A stretch of 64,000 nt of DNA from an uncultured Armatimonadetes bacterium. Its GTDB lineage: Bacteria > Armatimonadota > UBA5829 > DTJY01. The stretch covers positions 1,120,001 through 1,184,000 of the forward strand of contig OY970325.1 of the NCBI GenBank assembly GCA_963717145.1. Reading direction: 5' to 3'. A program made the translations under genes and the position numbers. Shown here one piece after another: positions 29,601 to 39,058 of this stretch (position 1 is its first letter; each line of letters opens with the position of its first letter). The notes below the pieces were generated by a model, which did no database searches, had not been told where the DNA came from, and saw only the letters and a program-made list of their open reading frames with translations.

Positions 29601-31643
29601 GCCGACCTCTCGTATTCGGACACCGGCCGCACCCCGGCGACCTCATACGGCTACAAGGTGTCCGCCTATGACGCGGCAACCAACGAGTCAGCACCGTGTG
29701 ATCCCGTGAGTGCGACGACGTTCGACACGATCGCCCCGACAACACCGAGCGGTCTGTCGGCTACGGCGGTATCCGGCACTCAGATCAACCTGAGTTGGAC
29801 CGGATCGACCGATAACGTAGGCATCTCGGGGTACAAGATCTATCGCAACGGAGTGGAGTTCAGCTCGACCGGCGGCACATCCTTCTCCGACACGACCTGC
29901 GCGCCGGCGACGACCTACACCTATCAGGTCTCGGCCTACGACGACGCTACCAACGAGTCGGGGCTGAGCAATACGGCGGGCGCGACAACGTTCGATACCG
30001 CGCCTCCGACCGCGCCGACCAACCTGGCGGGGACCGCCATCTCGCAGACCCAGATCAACCTGACCTGGACTGCATCGACTGACAACGTCGGAGTGACCGG
30101 CTACAAGGTCTTCCGAGGCGGCGTCCAGATCGGTACCAGCGGGACGACCAGCTACTCCGACACCACATGCAGCTCATACACGAGCTACATGTACGAGGTG
30201 TCCGCCTACGATGCGGCCCAGAACAACTCCGCGCTGAGCAATCAGGCGAACGCGACTACTCTGCCGTACACGGATCTCATCCTGGACAACACGGTGGCGA
30301 CCTTCACGGCAACGTGGTTCACCAGTTCATCAGCCACCGACAAGTACGGCACGAACTATCGGTACATCACCACTCAGCCAACTGAGACGGAGACCGCCAC
30401 CTGGACGCCGGATGTGGACATCGCCGGCTACTACACGGTCTACTGCTGGTATCCGCAGGGATCGAACAGGTCGGGGGCAGCTCCATATACCGTCTACTGG
30501 GACGGCAGTTCGCAGACCGTGGCTGTCAACCAGAAGTCGAACGGCGGCTCATGGAGGACCCTGGTCAGCACCAAGAGGTTCCAGGCCGGAACAGCAGGAT
30601 ACGTCAAGCTCGGCAACGGCACGGGTGAGGTCGATATGAGCGTCATGGCGGATGCGGTCCGGTTCCTCCTCATATCGAGCGACCTGACTGCTCCGACCGT
30701 ACCGACGAACCTCGCAGCAACCGCGACATCAGCCACTCAGATCAGTCTGACGTGGACGGCCTCGACCGACAACGTAGCAGTGACCGGTTACCGGATCTAC
30801 CGCAATGACGTCGAGGTAGGGACGAGCGCAACCGCCTCCTACTCCGACAGCGGGCTGACCCAGTACACCACGTACACCTACAAAGTCGCTGCCTATGATG
30901 CGATGGCAAACCAGTCGGCCCAGAGCAGCCCGGACTCCGAGACCACCTGGGATGGTCAGGCGCCTACGGTTCCGACGGGACTGACAGCCACCGCTGTCGG
31001 ACCGCAGAGGATCAACCTGGCCTGGACCGCTTCCACCGATAACGTGGGAGTCACCGGCTACAAGATCTTCCGTGGCGGCGTAGAGATAGCCACCTCGGCG
31101 ACGAACAGCTACTCGAACGGCGGTCTCGCACCGAGCACCGCCTACACGTTCACCGTTGCGGCATACGACGCTCGCAACAACACGTCGGCACAGAGCACCA
31201 GCGCCGGTGCGACAACGCCCGCCTACCAGACGATCATCATGGACAATGGTGTGGCGACCTGGACCGGCGTGTGGACTACGTCCACCTCAGGTACGGACAA
31301 GTACGGAGCGGACTACAAGTACGCCAGTACGGCCGCGAGTGAGGGCAAGACCGCCAGGTGGACACCGACCATCGTCTACGCAGGCAACTACGACACGTAC
31401 ACCTGGTATTCGAAGGGCACTAACAGGGCGACGAACTCGCCCTTCACCGTCTACTGGAACGGCGGTTCTCAGACCGTCGCCATGAACCAGACCATCAACG
31501 GCGGCTCGTGGAGGACTCTGCTCACAGGCAAGAGCTTCCTCGCGGGCACGGCGGGCTACGTCAAGCTTGGCAATGGTACCGGTGCGACCGGCAAGGTTGT
31601 TGTCGCTGATGCGGTCAGGTACGTGCAGACCAGCGGGAACTAG
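26621..31643 (+). CDS. Secreted GerMN + Amidase_3 N-acetylmuramoyl-L-alanine amidase with Ig-like, about 8 FN3 and 3 golvesin-like domains; frameshift near 27148
   Basis: GerMN motif SAVPPGAKLL...AVVTFS...QVRWTL...VKIMVEG. Amidase_3 motifs LSPGHG, QED, YVSLHTN and VLIELAFHD. ORFs 26612-27436 and 27069-31643 join. Confidence 0.85.
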
Positions 31644-31675
31644 ACTCCGCTGACTGATGATGCACGACGTACAAC

Positions 31676-31709
31676 GAAGGGCAGGGGTTGATCCCCTGCC
31701 CTTCACTTT
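31676..31709 (+). terminator. Terminator, AGGGCAGGG/CCCTGCCCT stem (copy 3)
   Basis: GAAGGGCAGGGG-TTGAT-CCCCTGCCCTTCACTTT. Confidence 0.7.
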
Positions 31710-31744
31710 CTATTGACGCCGGAGCACATATTGGGGTAAGCTCT

Positions 31745-31803
31745 CCGTAGTGGAGGCCTTCAACGGCCTCCCGCCGGGCGGGCGTTGAAGCCCGCCCCTA
31801 CGG
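31745..31803. repeat. GTAG-type REP doublet
   Basis: CCGTAG..hairpin..hairpin..CCCCTACGG. A related half copy lies at 60248-60273. Confidence 0.7.
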
Positions 31804-31824
31804 CCCACGAAGGAGGCATCCACG

Positions 31825-33708
31825 TTGAGGAAGCACAAGGAGTCCGCGAGCTTTGCAGTCACCGCACGGCCCATGCCGCCCTTGGAGATCGCGCGCATCC
31901 TCGAATCCGGCGGCCAGGAGGTCGACGGCTACCTCGAAAATGCCATTTACGCGAATCCCAACCCGGAGTATCTCGCTCGGCAGAGGAAGCGCCTGGCCGA
32001 GACTTCACGACTCCACGCCGGACGAGTCGGCGACAAGCCGACGTACCTCCTTCGAGCGCCCGGCCGACTGAATGCCTTCCTCGAATACCTCGACATGTGC
32101 GCCGGCGACCATATGTCCGCGACCATCGACGGCGACATCCCCGTGGCGATCTCACCGAGGGACGATGACGTGCTGACCATCGCAAACATCAACCCGCTCT
32201 TCCCCGCGGAGGAGATCTCACTCGACGAGGAGTTCAAACGGTTCTCCAGCGAGGTACTTGCCAAACATGCGCGTGGCATGCAGAACACATGGGACAACCG
32301 CACCCTGGTACTCCCTCATTTTGGCCGCCCGAAGGGTCAGTGGTCGAACTACATCCTCAGTTCCTATCTCCGAGCGATGTGGGAACTTCCGAACACTAAG
32401 TTCCGTGGGGCGGATATGACATTCGGGCGCGCGACTGCTCCGTTCCGAGCCGGAACGAGTTCGTCGTCCGCAATCGTCGTCCTCTCTTTTCTCTCCATGT
32501 ACATCTGCAACCAGGACTGCCTGCCGAAGTGGGACCTGCCGGAGATGTGCAGGCTGCTGGGAGAGGCCGAGTGGTACGTCGGCACTCACGGAGGGGCGAA
32601 CGATCAGACGACGATCCTTCGAAACGGCCCGAACACCGTGCTCTACAACCGCCACTCTCGGACACCGCTCGATTCGACTCCGCTGCCGTTCCTGAAGGGC
32701 ATCCATGTGGTGCTGGCAAACTCCCTGTGGGAGGTCAACAAGTCGCTCACCGGCAATCAGAGCTTCAACATGCGCAAGGGCTGGATCGAGATCGGCGATC
32801 AGTTGATGCGGCTCATCATCGGCGCTGTGAGGGAAGCTGAGAGGAAGGGCAAGACATCCGGCGAGGGCTGGCTCGCGAATCTGCTCAAGAAGAAGTTCGG
32901 GTTCACGCCTGGTGGTCCGACGCCTCTCCTCGAATCGCATCCCGAGATGTGGGATAAGATCGAGGCGAAGTACCACATGTTCGGCAGCCTCGACGAGAGC
33001 ATCCTCGATATACCGAGCGCCGCGATCGAGGAACTGATCCTCCTGCTTCCAATGAAGATCACGCCTCAGGAGGCGGGACGTATTCTCCACAAGAGCACCG
33101 AGACGATCACCCGCCTCTACACCAAGCCTCGACGGAGCATCGGCGGCTACCACGCTCGCACCACCGCGAGGTTCTTCTTCAAGGAGAACGCGATCGGGAG
33201 GACCCTGGAGCGGATCTTCCTCGAGGCGGACCGTCGGCTCGCGTCCGGCACGCTGTCCGAGGATTCCCCTGAGTACGACCAGTATCGGCTCACCGTGGGC
33301 GACCTGGTGGAGCAGCTTCAGCACATCCTCTGCTACGACTTCAGGGTCTCGAACTCGCAGCTCGACCGCCTGCTCAATATCGCACGTCGCGGACCGGGTC
33401 ACCTCGGCGGAAAGCTCACCGGCGCGGGCAAAGGCGGATGCGTCTCGATCCTGGTTCGAGAGAACGAATCGGAGGCGATGTGCGAGTACCTCGACCGGGA
33501 GTATTACGGCAAGCTGGAGAACTTCGAGGACTACCGCCAGATACTCGAGGACGCCCTGCGATACTACGAGCCGGACTCATTCGAGCGGATGTCCGCCGCC
33601 GAGCAGCTCGACAACCTGGACACGGCGCTTGCGTCCGTCGAGGATCAGCGCCGCGTAACGACATTCAGCCGAGGCGCCTGCGCCCTCGACCTGCCGGTCG
33701 TAGGATAG
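31825..33708 (+). CDS. Divergent GHMP kinase (galactokinase-like)
   Basis: Motifs RAPGRLN, PFRAGTSSSSA, GGANDQ and GGKLTGAGKGGC. TTG start after GGAGG. Confidence 0.8.
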   Translation: MRKHKESASFAVTARPMPPLEIARILESGGQEVDGYLENAIYANPNPEYLARQRKRLAETSRLHAGRVGDKPTYLLRAPGRLNAFLEYLDMCAGDHMSATIDGDIPVAISPRDDDVLTIANINPLFPAEEISLDEEFKRFSSEVLAKHARGMQNTWDNRTLVLPHFGRPKGQWSNYILSSYLRAMWELPNTKFRGADMTFGRATAPFRAGTSSSSAIVVLSFLSMYICNQDCLPKWDLPEMCRLLGEAEWYVGTHGGANDQTTILRNGPNTVLYNRHSRTPLDSTPLPFLKGIHVVLANSLWEVNKSLTGNQSFNMRKGWIEIGDQLMRLIIGAVREAERKGKTSGEGWLANLLKKKFGFTPGGPTPLLESHPEMWDKIEAKYHMFGSLDESILDIPSAAIEELILLLPMKITPQEAGRILHKSTETITRLYTKPRRSIGGYHARTTARFFFKENAIGRTLERIFLEADRRLASGTLSEDSPEYDQYRLTVGDLVEQLQHILCYDFRVSNSQLDRLLNIARRGPGHLGGKLTGAGKGGCVSILVRENESEAMCEYLDREYYGKLENFEDYRQILEDALRYYEPDSFERMSAAEQLDNLDTALASVEDQRRVTTFSRGACALDLPVVG

Positions 33709-33725
33709 ACATCCATGCGCGCCAG

Positions 33726-33755
33726 TTGACAGGTTCGTTCAGCCCTGCCTACAAT
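33726..33755 (+). promoter_or_regulatory. Sigma70-type promoter for the TA pair
   Basis: TTGACA-18 nt-TACAAT. Confidence 0.55.
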
Positions 33756-33819
33756 ATGGCCATACATGGAATCGTGTGGCCTTCTCACTAACTCCTGATG
33801 AGTTTTCTTCCAATAATGA

Positions 33820-34183
33820 ATGGGTAAAGCAAGAAGTGATAGTCAGTCAAGCATCGGGTGGCCTCAGTCCTTCAGGGACTATGATGGCAGACAGGTACTA
33901 CTCACGGAGGAGAGATGGAGCCACGTGGTTGCCGGCCATCCGGAGATGCTCGATCGGATCGAGTGGATCGGCACTGCACTTGCCACTCCGAACACCGTCC
34001 ATCAGTCCATAGAAAATGCGGTGACTGTCTCATACTCTCACCTGCTGCCCAAGATCAATCTCTACGTCACAGTGATCACCGATTGGTCTAGCGAACCGAG
34101 CCATGATCCGAACCGCATTCCTGACAAAGAAGCTTAAGAAAGGCAAGTTGATCTATGTCCGAAAACCTGATCCTATCGTATGA
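33820..34183 (+). CDS. Putative RNase-type toxin (DUF4258/RelE-like partner of DUF2283); frameshift near 34100
   Basis: LTEERWSHVVAGHPEM. The alternative frame continues MIRTAFLTKKLKKGKLIY and overlaps the next start. Confidence 0.6.
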
Positions 34184-34409
34184 TCGAGAGGCTGATGTGC
34201 TTGAGGTGCGAACCGAGCCTCCGTGCCCCTCCTATGGCGAGGAGATTGACGACGGGCTGTTCGTCATTCGGAGCATGGAGGACGATCACATCATCGGTTT
34301 GACCGTCGTTGATTTCTCCCGGAAGCAAGCGGACCAGGGCCTCAAGCTGCCCATCCCGTGCGAGATAAGCCAGAAGATCGTTAACAAGATAACACGGAGT
34401 GCAGCTTAG
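34155..34409 (+). CDS. DUF2283 family protein (putative antitoxin)
   Basis: LSYDREADVLEV...EIDDGLFV...IIGLTVVDFS. Confidence 0.8.
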   Translation: MSENLILSYDREADVLEVRTEPPCPSYGEEIDDGLFVIRSMEDDHIIGLTVVDFSRKQADQGLKLPIPCEISQKIVNKITRSAA

Positions 34410-37400
34410 TCCGTCCCCAGTAGTACTATGCTTCCATCGCCACGGACTACGGCCATCCGAGCAGGACTTCCCCGGAGGGCGTCGAGTTTTCTGACGGCAC
34501 CTCCAGCGGACCAAGCTGCCAGCGGTTTCCCATCTCGCCCCAACACGATCACGTGCCCATCTTCCGTTCCTGCGCAGATCTCCTCCGAGCCGTCTCCGTC
34601 GATATCGGCAAGCGCCAGGCACGATACCGGTTCGCCCACATCCCGACGCCAGATGCGCGTGCCATCGCCTTTGACCGCGCTGATGCTGAAGCTCAGGGAA
34701 CCCGCGACGACATCGGACACGCCGTCTGAGTCCACATCCAGAAGGGCCATGCCGGTGATCTCGTCGGCAGTGTTGTAGAGCCACTGTCGCTTGCCTGCCC
34801 CATCGACCGCGTGCAGGTAGCCGTCAGCCCCGCTGAACAGCACGAGCGGCTTCCCGCTGCCTGTGACGTCGCCGGCCAGGACGCAGTTCGTGCGCGCGCC
34901 GATCGGCCTGTAGTCCCATAGTTGCGTGCCGTCCGGCTTCACCGCCCGCCAGGAGTAGTAGTCCGAACCTGCGATCACTTCCTCCCGACCGTCGCCGTCC
35001 AAATCGACAGCCGTTCCCGCCGTGGAAGCGTGCAGTATCTCGAACGCCCACACCTCGTCGCCTTTCGAATCGAATGCGTAGGTATGCCAGTTCTCCGCGC
35101 CAACGATCAGCGCGCGGTGCGTGTCACCTGAGAGATCGGCGGTCGTGAAGTAGGCTACGCAGGCATCCCGCTTGAAGTATGGCAGGTCCTTCCTCCAGAC
35201 GATGCCGCCCTTGTCATCGAGCAGGTAGACCGTCGACTTCACGGTACCAACCGCCACTCTGATCGGGCCGTCCTTGTCGAGCTTGCCCGCCCAGATCGCT
35301 CGGACGGAACTCCCAGCATCGAACGACCAGATCATCTGCCCGTCTGCATCCAAAGCGTACACCTTGCCGTCCGTTGTGCCGGTGTAGATCGTGCCTGCAT
35401 ACGATGCGAGTGCGGTGCATTGGCCGCTATTGGGCGTGAACCGTGCTGCCTCATGAAGCTGCTCGGCAGCATGGCCTGTCGAAACTGCGGACGGCGGAGG
35501 AGGCATCGGCCTCGGGAACCTTACCTGGAAGCCGCCTGAAATCGGAATCTCGGTATCCACCGGGTGGTCGGACGCCAACAGTGTCCGACCGCCGATCGTG
35601 AGCCGCGTCGCGCCGCCGAGCGCGATCTTGTCGCGGGTGAGCCGGTACATCCGCGCGTCCGTCCTGATCCCGGGTACGATCTCCGTCTCGCCTGATCCGA
35701 TGCCTACGAGCGCCTGATCGGGGCCCGTGCCGAGGAGGATCGAGTTGTCGTTCACCCGCTGCGCCTCGATCGGCGAGTCTCCCTTAGCCTCGGTGGAGAG
35801 GACGTTCACGATGCAGACCCGGCCACCCTTGGGAAGCTTCTGGGTTCGAATATGTTGAAGCGTGCGGACAATCGGTTCGGCGTGCTTGTACGTCTTCCAG
35901 TTCTGGCCGGTGATCGGATCGTCGATGTATCTGACGCGCGCGCCATCGAGATTGCGTATGGAGAGCGACGGACCATCCTGAGTCACGCGGAACAGGCTGC
36001 CGTCGAGCATCGGATCGCCCAGCGTCTGCCAGTAGCATCTGAAGCTGTAGTGATCGGTCGATGCGGCCCGCATCTCGTCGATGAAGACGAAGGTATGACC
36101 CCTGTCCCAGAGTATGTTGCGTGACCAGTCCGCGCCGCCGTAGTCGTAAGTCGTCGTCCGAGTCATGCCGACAGACGGCAGGTCGGCGACGATCTCGCGC
36201 TCGGAGAATATCGGCAGACCAGTGCTCTGACCGTCCTTGAAGATGAGCATGCTGTTGTGGAACTTCGGCAGCGACTTGATGTAGTCGCTGTCCGCGAGCC
36301 AGATCCGATTCCGATCCGTGTGCCGCAGGACCGAGTTGCCGTCCCAGTGGCCGTGGTAACAGCCGCTGAGGCCGTCTAGCAGCAAGTACGCGTCGTCCGG
36401 GAGGAAGGACCGCCGGAACGTGACCTTCTCGAAGGTCCGGTCCTGAGGAATCGTGCTGGTCCCCTTGAAATGCTCGAAAAAGAGCGGGTCGGTCGGCATG
36501 CACTTCACGCCCAGGAGATCGACCGGCTCCTGCGGCCTGGTATTGTTCGGATAGTTCCAGGGTACATCGCCATACAGCGCCTTCGTGGACTTATCGAGCG
36601 CCCAGACCCATCGGCCGTCGCGCTCCACCTGCGCCAGATGCTGGAGCGGGGCTATATGCGAGGCGGGGTTGAAGCCGCCGACATCGCCGAAGCTCGCCTG
36701 GTAACCGAGGTTGTCCGTGCACATGATCGCGAGGTCGCCGGCCATGCGCCCCTTGCCCGAATCGAACCAGGAGAAGTCCTGGCGGGTAGTTGCATACCGG
36801 CACATGTGGCGCAGGATGATGTACTGGTAAGCGCCGCAGTCCTCCTGAGGCTGATACGATTTCATCTGATGCCCGAAGCACCAGTCGGCCATCTGCATCC
36901 ATTTCGCCGACTCAGGGGTGTCGTAGTACTTGCCGAAGTACTTGCCCGCCCCGAGCCATCCCTGCCCCTCAAAGGTCCAGTGGTTCGTCCGGAGCAACGG
37001 CTTCTCGATGCCCCGGACATAGCCGTGCGCTTCCCAGTAATGAATGTAGTCGGTGATGATTGAGACGATATGGGCGCGATCCTCGTCGGAGAGCGACGGG
37101 CTCTCTTCGACGTTGTCCCATGCCGTCATGAGCGGGCCGAACAGGAAATCGGCGGCCGCGCCCCACGGCCCTCCGAAGCTCCCCTGCCCCTCCTTGCTCA
37201 GTCTCTCCGCAAGGAACATCAACTCACGGAAGAGTTTGGCGTAACCCTCCCGTCCCGTGGAATTGTAGTTGTTTCCAGCTCCGACTATCGCGTTGAAGAG
37301 CCCGCCCTGCAGGCCGGAGAGGAATGCCGCCTCAACGTCCTTCATCTGCTTCGCGATGTCCTCATCCGATGGATCGATCGCCAGTAAGGGCGTCTTCCGG

Positions 37401-37969
37401 AGCATCTCCTTCGAATACCGCACGTCGATGGTGCGCGGTATGCTGAGGGTCGCCCCCTTCGGAAGACTCGCGCAGAATCGTTCGACCGCGAGTCGAACGC
37501 CATTGAAGTCACTCCCCGCCAGCAGGATGACGTTGACGCCGTTCCCCCACGGATCGTGGACAGTCCTGACCATGCAGCCACCCTTGCCTGGATTGAGCGT
37601 ATCGACCGCGCAGTAGCCCATCAGGCAGAGGTACGTGACCAGCCCGCTGGAATCCTGGTTGCCGAGCACGATGAGGTTCGTCTTCGGCTCGACCCGCTTC
37701 AACTCCCCGCGCATGGAGGCATAGTCGGAGCCATCTCGAACAGGAAGAGACACCCCGGCCGCATTCCGAACGGCCGTGTTGATCCTCTCCGCCAGTTGGC
37801 GGTATTCCCTGGCCGGTGGAGAGACGATGACGGCGTTCGGGCGGCCATCCGACACAAGGACCGTGTCGAGGATGAACGGCTTGCGTTCCAGTGGGCCGGA
37901 ATCAGCCGCTGAGAAGCCGACGCAGAGCACGGAAAGCATGATAACAACGAGAATGGCGAATCGGTTCAT
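34406..37969 (-). CDS. Large secreted protein: heparinase II/III-like lyase fold plus C-terminal PQQ/FG-GAP beta-propeller
   Basis: Signal peptide MNRFAILVVIML. Motifs TNHW, YHGHWDGNS and FHNSM. DLDGDGREEVIAG and DIDGDGSEEICAG repeats. Confidence 0.7.
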   Translation of the reverse strand: MNRFAILVVIMLSVLCVGFSAADSGPLERKPFILDTVLVSDGRPNAVIVSPPAREYRQLAERINTAVRNAAGVSLPVRDGSDYASMRGELKRVEPKTNLIVLGNQDSSGLVTYLCLMGYCAVDTLNPGKGGCMVRTVHDPWGNGVNVILLAGSDFNGVRLAVERFCASLPKGATLSIPRTIDVRYSKEMLRKTPLLAIDPSDEDIAKQMKDVEAAFLSGLQGGLFNAIVGAGNNYNSTGREGYAKLFRELMFLAERLSKEGQGSFGGPWGAAADFLFGPLMTAWDNVEESPSLSDEDRAHIVSIITDYIHYWEAHGYVRGIEKPLLRTNHWTFEGQGWLGAGKYFGKYYDTPESAKWMQMADWCFGHQMKSYQPQEDCGAYQYIILRHMCRYATTRQDFSWFDSGKGRMAGDLAIMCTDNLGYQASFGDVGGFNPASHIAPLQHLAQVERDGRWVWALDKSTKALYGDVPWNYPNNTRPQEPVDLLGVKCMPTDPLFFEHFKGTSTIPQDRTFEKVTFRRSFLPDDAYLLLDGLSGCYHGHWDGNSVLRHTDRNRIWLADSDYIKSLPKFHNSMLIFKDGQSTGLPIFSEREIVADLPSVGMTRTTTYDYGGADWSRNILWDRGHTFVFIDEMRAASTDHYSFRCYWQTLGDPMLDGSLFRVTQDGPSLSIRNLDGARVRYIDDPITGQNWKTYKHAEPIVRTLQHIRTQKLPKGGRVCIVNVLSTEAKGDSPIEAQRVNDNSILLGTGPDQALVGIGSGETEIVPGIRTDARMYRLTRDKIALGGATRLTIGGRTLLASDHPVDTEIPISGGFQVRFPRPMPPPPSAVSTGHAAEQLHEAARFTPNSGQCTALASYAGTIYTGTTDGKVYALDADGQMIWSFDAGSSVRAIWAGKLDKDGPIRVAVGTVKSTVYLLDDKGGIVWRKDLPYFKRDACVAYFTTADLSGDTHRALIVGAENWHTYAFDSKGDEVWAFEILHASTAGTAVDLDGDGREEVIAGSDYYSWRAVKPDGTQLWDYRPIGARTNCVLAGDVTGSGKPLVLFSGADGYLHAVDGAGKRQWLYNTADEITGMALLDVDSDGVSDVVAGSLSFSISAVKGDGTRIWRRDVGEPVSCLALADIDGDGSEEICAGTEDGHVIVLGRDGKPLAAWSAGGAVRKLDALRGSPARMAVVRGDGSIVLLGTD

Positions 37970-38057
37970 GCAAGCAGTATAACCCCCGAGCAGGGTGATA
38001 GGCAACCCGCGATGGAGGATTTCGGGGGCGCTGTGTCGGACGTTAACCGTACCGACT

Positions 38058-38968
38058 ATGGAGAAGCTCCACCTATCCAACCTGAAGGCGCTCGAGGCCG
38101 AGAGCATCCACATAATGCGCGAAGTCGTCGCCGAGTTCGAGCGACCGGTCATGCTGTACTCGGTCGGCAAGGACTCGTCGGTGATGGTCCGCCTCGCACA
38201 GAAGGCATTCGCGCCCGGGAAGATCCCCTTCCCGCTTCTGCACGTCGATACCGGCATGAAGTTCCCCGAGATGTACGAGTTCCGCGACGCGCTTCTGCGC
38301 TGATATCGGGGCCGACCTGCGCGTGTACAGGTACGAGGAAGGCAATCGCGCAGGGGGCAGACCCGTGGGACTGGGGCACGGTCAAATGCTGCGCGTCCCT
38401 CAAGACTCAGGCACTGCTCGAACGCGCTCGAGCAGGGCGGATACGACGCCGCATTCGGAGGCGCGCGCCGTGACGAGGAGAAGTCGCGCGCCAAGGAGCG
38501 CGTCTACTCCTTCCGCGACGACGCACGGCCAGTGGGACCCGAAGAACCAGCGCCCCGAGCTATGGAACCTCTACAACGCGCGCATCCGGAAGGGCGAGAG
38601 CATCCGCGTCTTCCCGATCTCCAACTGGACGGAACTCGACGTGTGGCTCTACATCCACCTGGAGCAGATCCCCGTCGTTCCGATGTACTTCGCCAAGGAG
38701 CAGCCGATCGTCATGCGCGACGGCCGGCTGATCCCGGTCTACGAGCGCACGCGCCTACTGCCCGGCGAGACGCCCGAGATGACGATGTGCCGCTTCAGGA
38801 CTCTGGGTTGCTATCCGTGCACCGGCGCGGTCCATTCGAGCGCGCAGACCGTGCCCGAGATCGTGCGAGGAGATGATGGTCGTCCGCAACTCCGAGCGGA
38901 TCACGCGGCTGATCGATCACGACCAGGACAGCTCGATGGAGCAGAAGAAGCGGGAGGGGTACTTCTGA
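38058..38968 (+). CDS. cysD: Sulfate adenylyltransferase subunit 2 with about 5 apparent +1 frameshifts
   Basis: Segments [65 protein letters not shown] and [10 protein letters not shown] lie in different frames. Confidence 0.9.
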
Positions 38969-38975
38969 TAGAATC

Positions 38976-39030
38976 TCGTACTCGTACTCGTACTCGTGAA
39001 TCGCTTCTTCGAGTACGAGTACGAGTACGA
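38976..39030. repeat. Inverted hexamer repeat (TCGTAC)n / (GAGTAC)n between cysD and cysNC
   Basis: 21-bp inverted arms built from 6-mers. A related degenerate tract lies near 54789-54817. Confidence 0.85.
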
Positions 39031-39058
39031 TTCAGGAGTTAGCCGACAGGAAGCGTTT

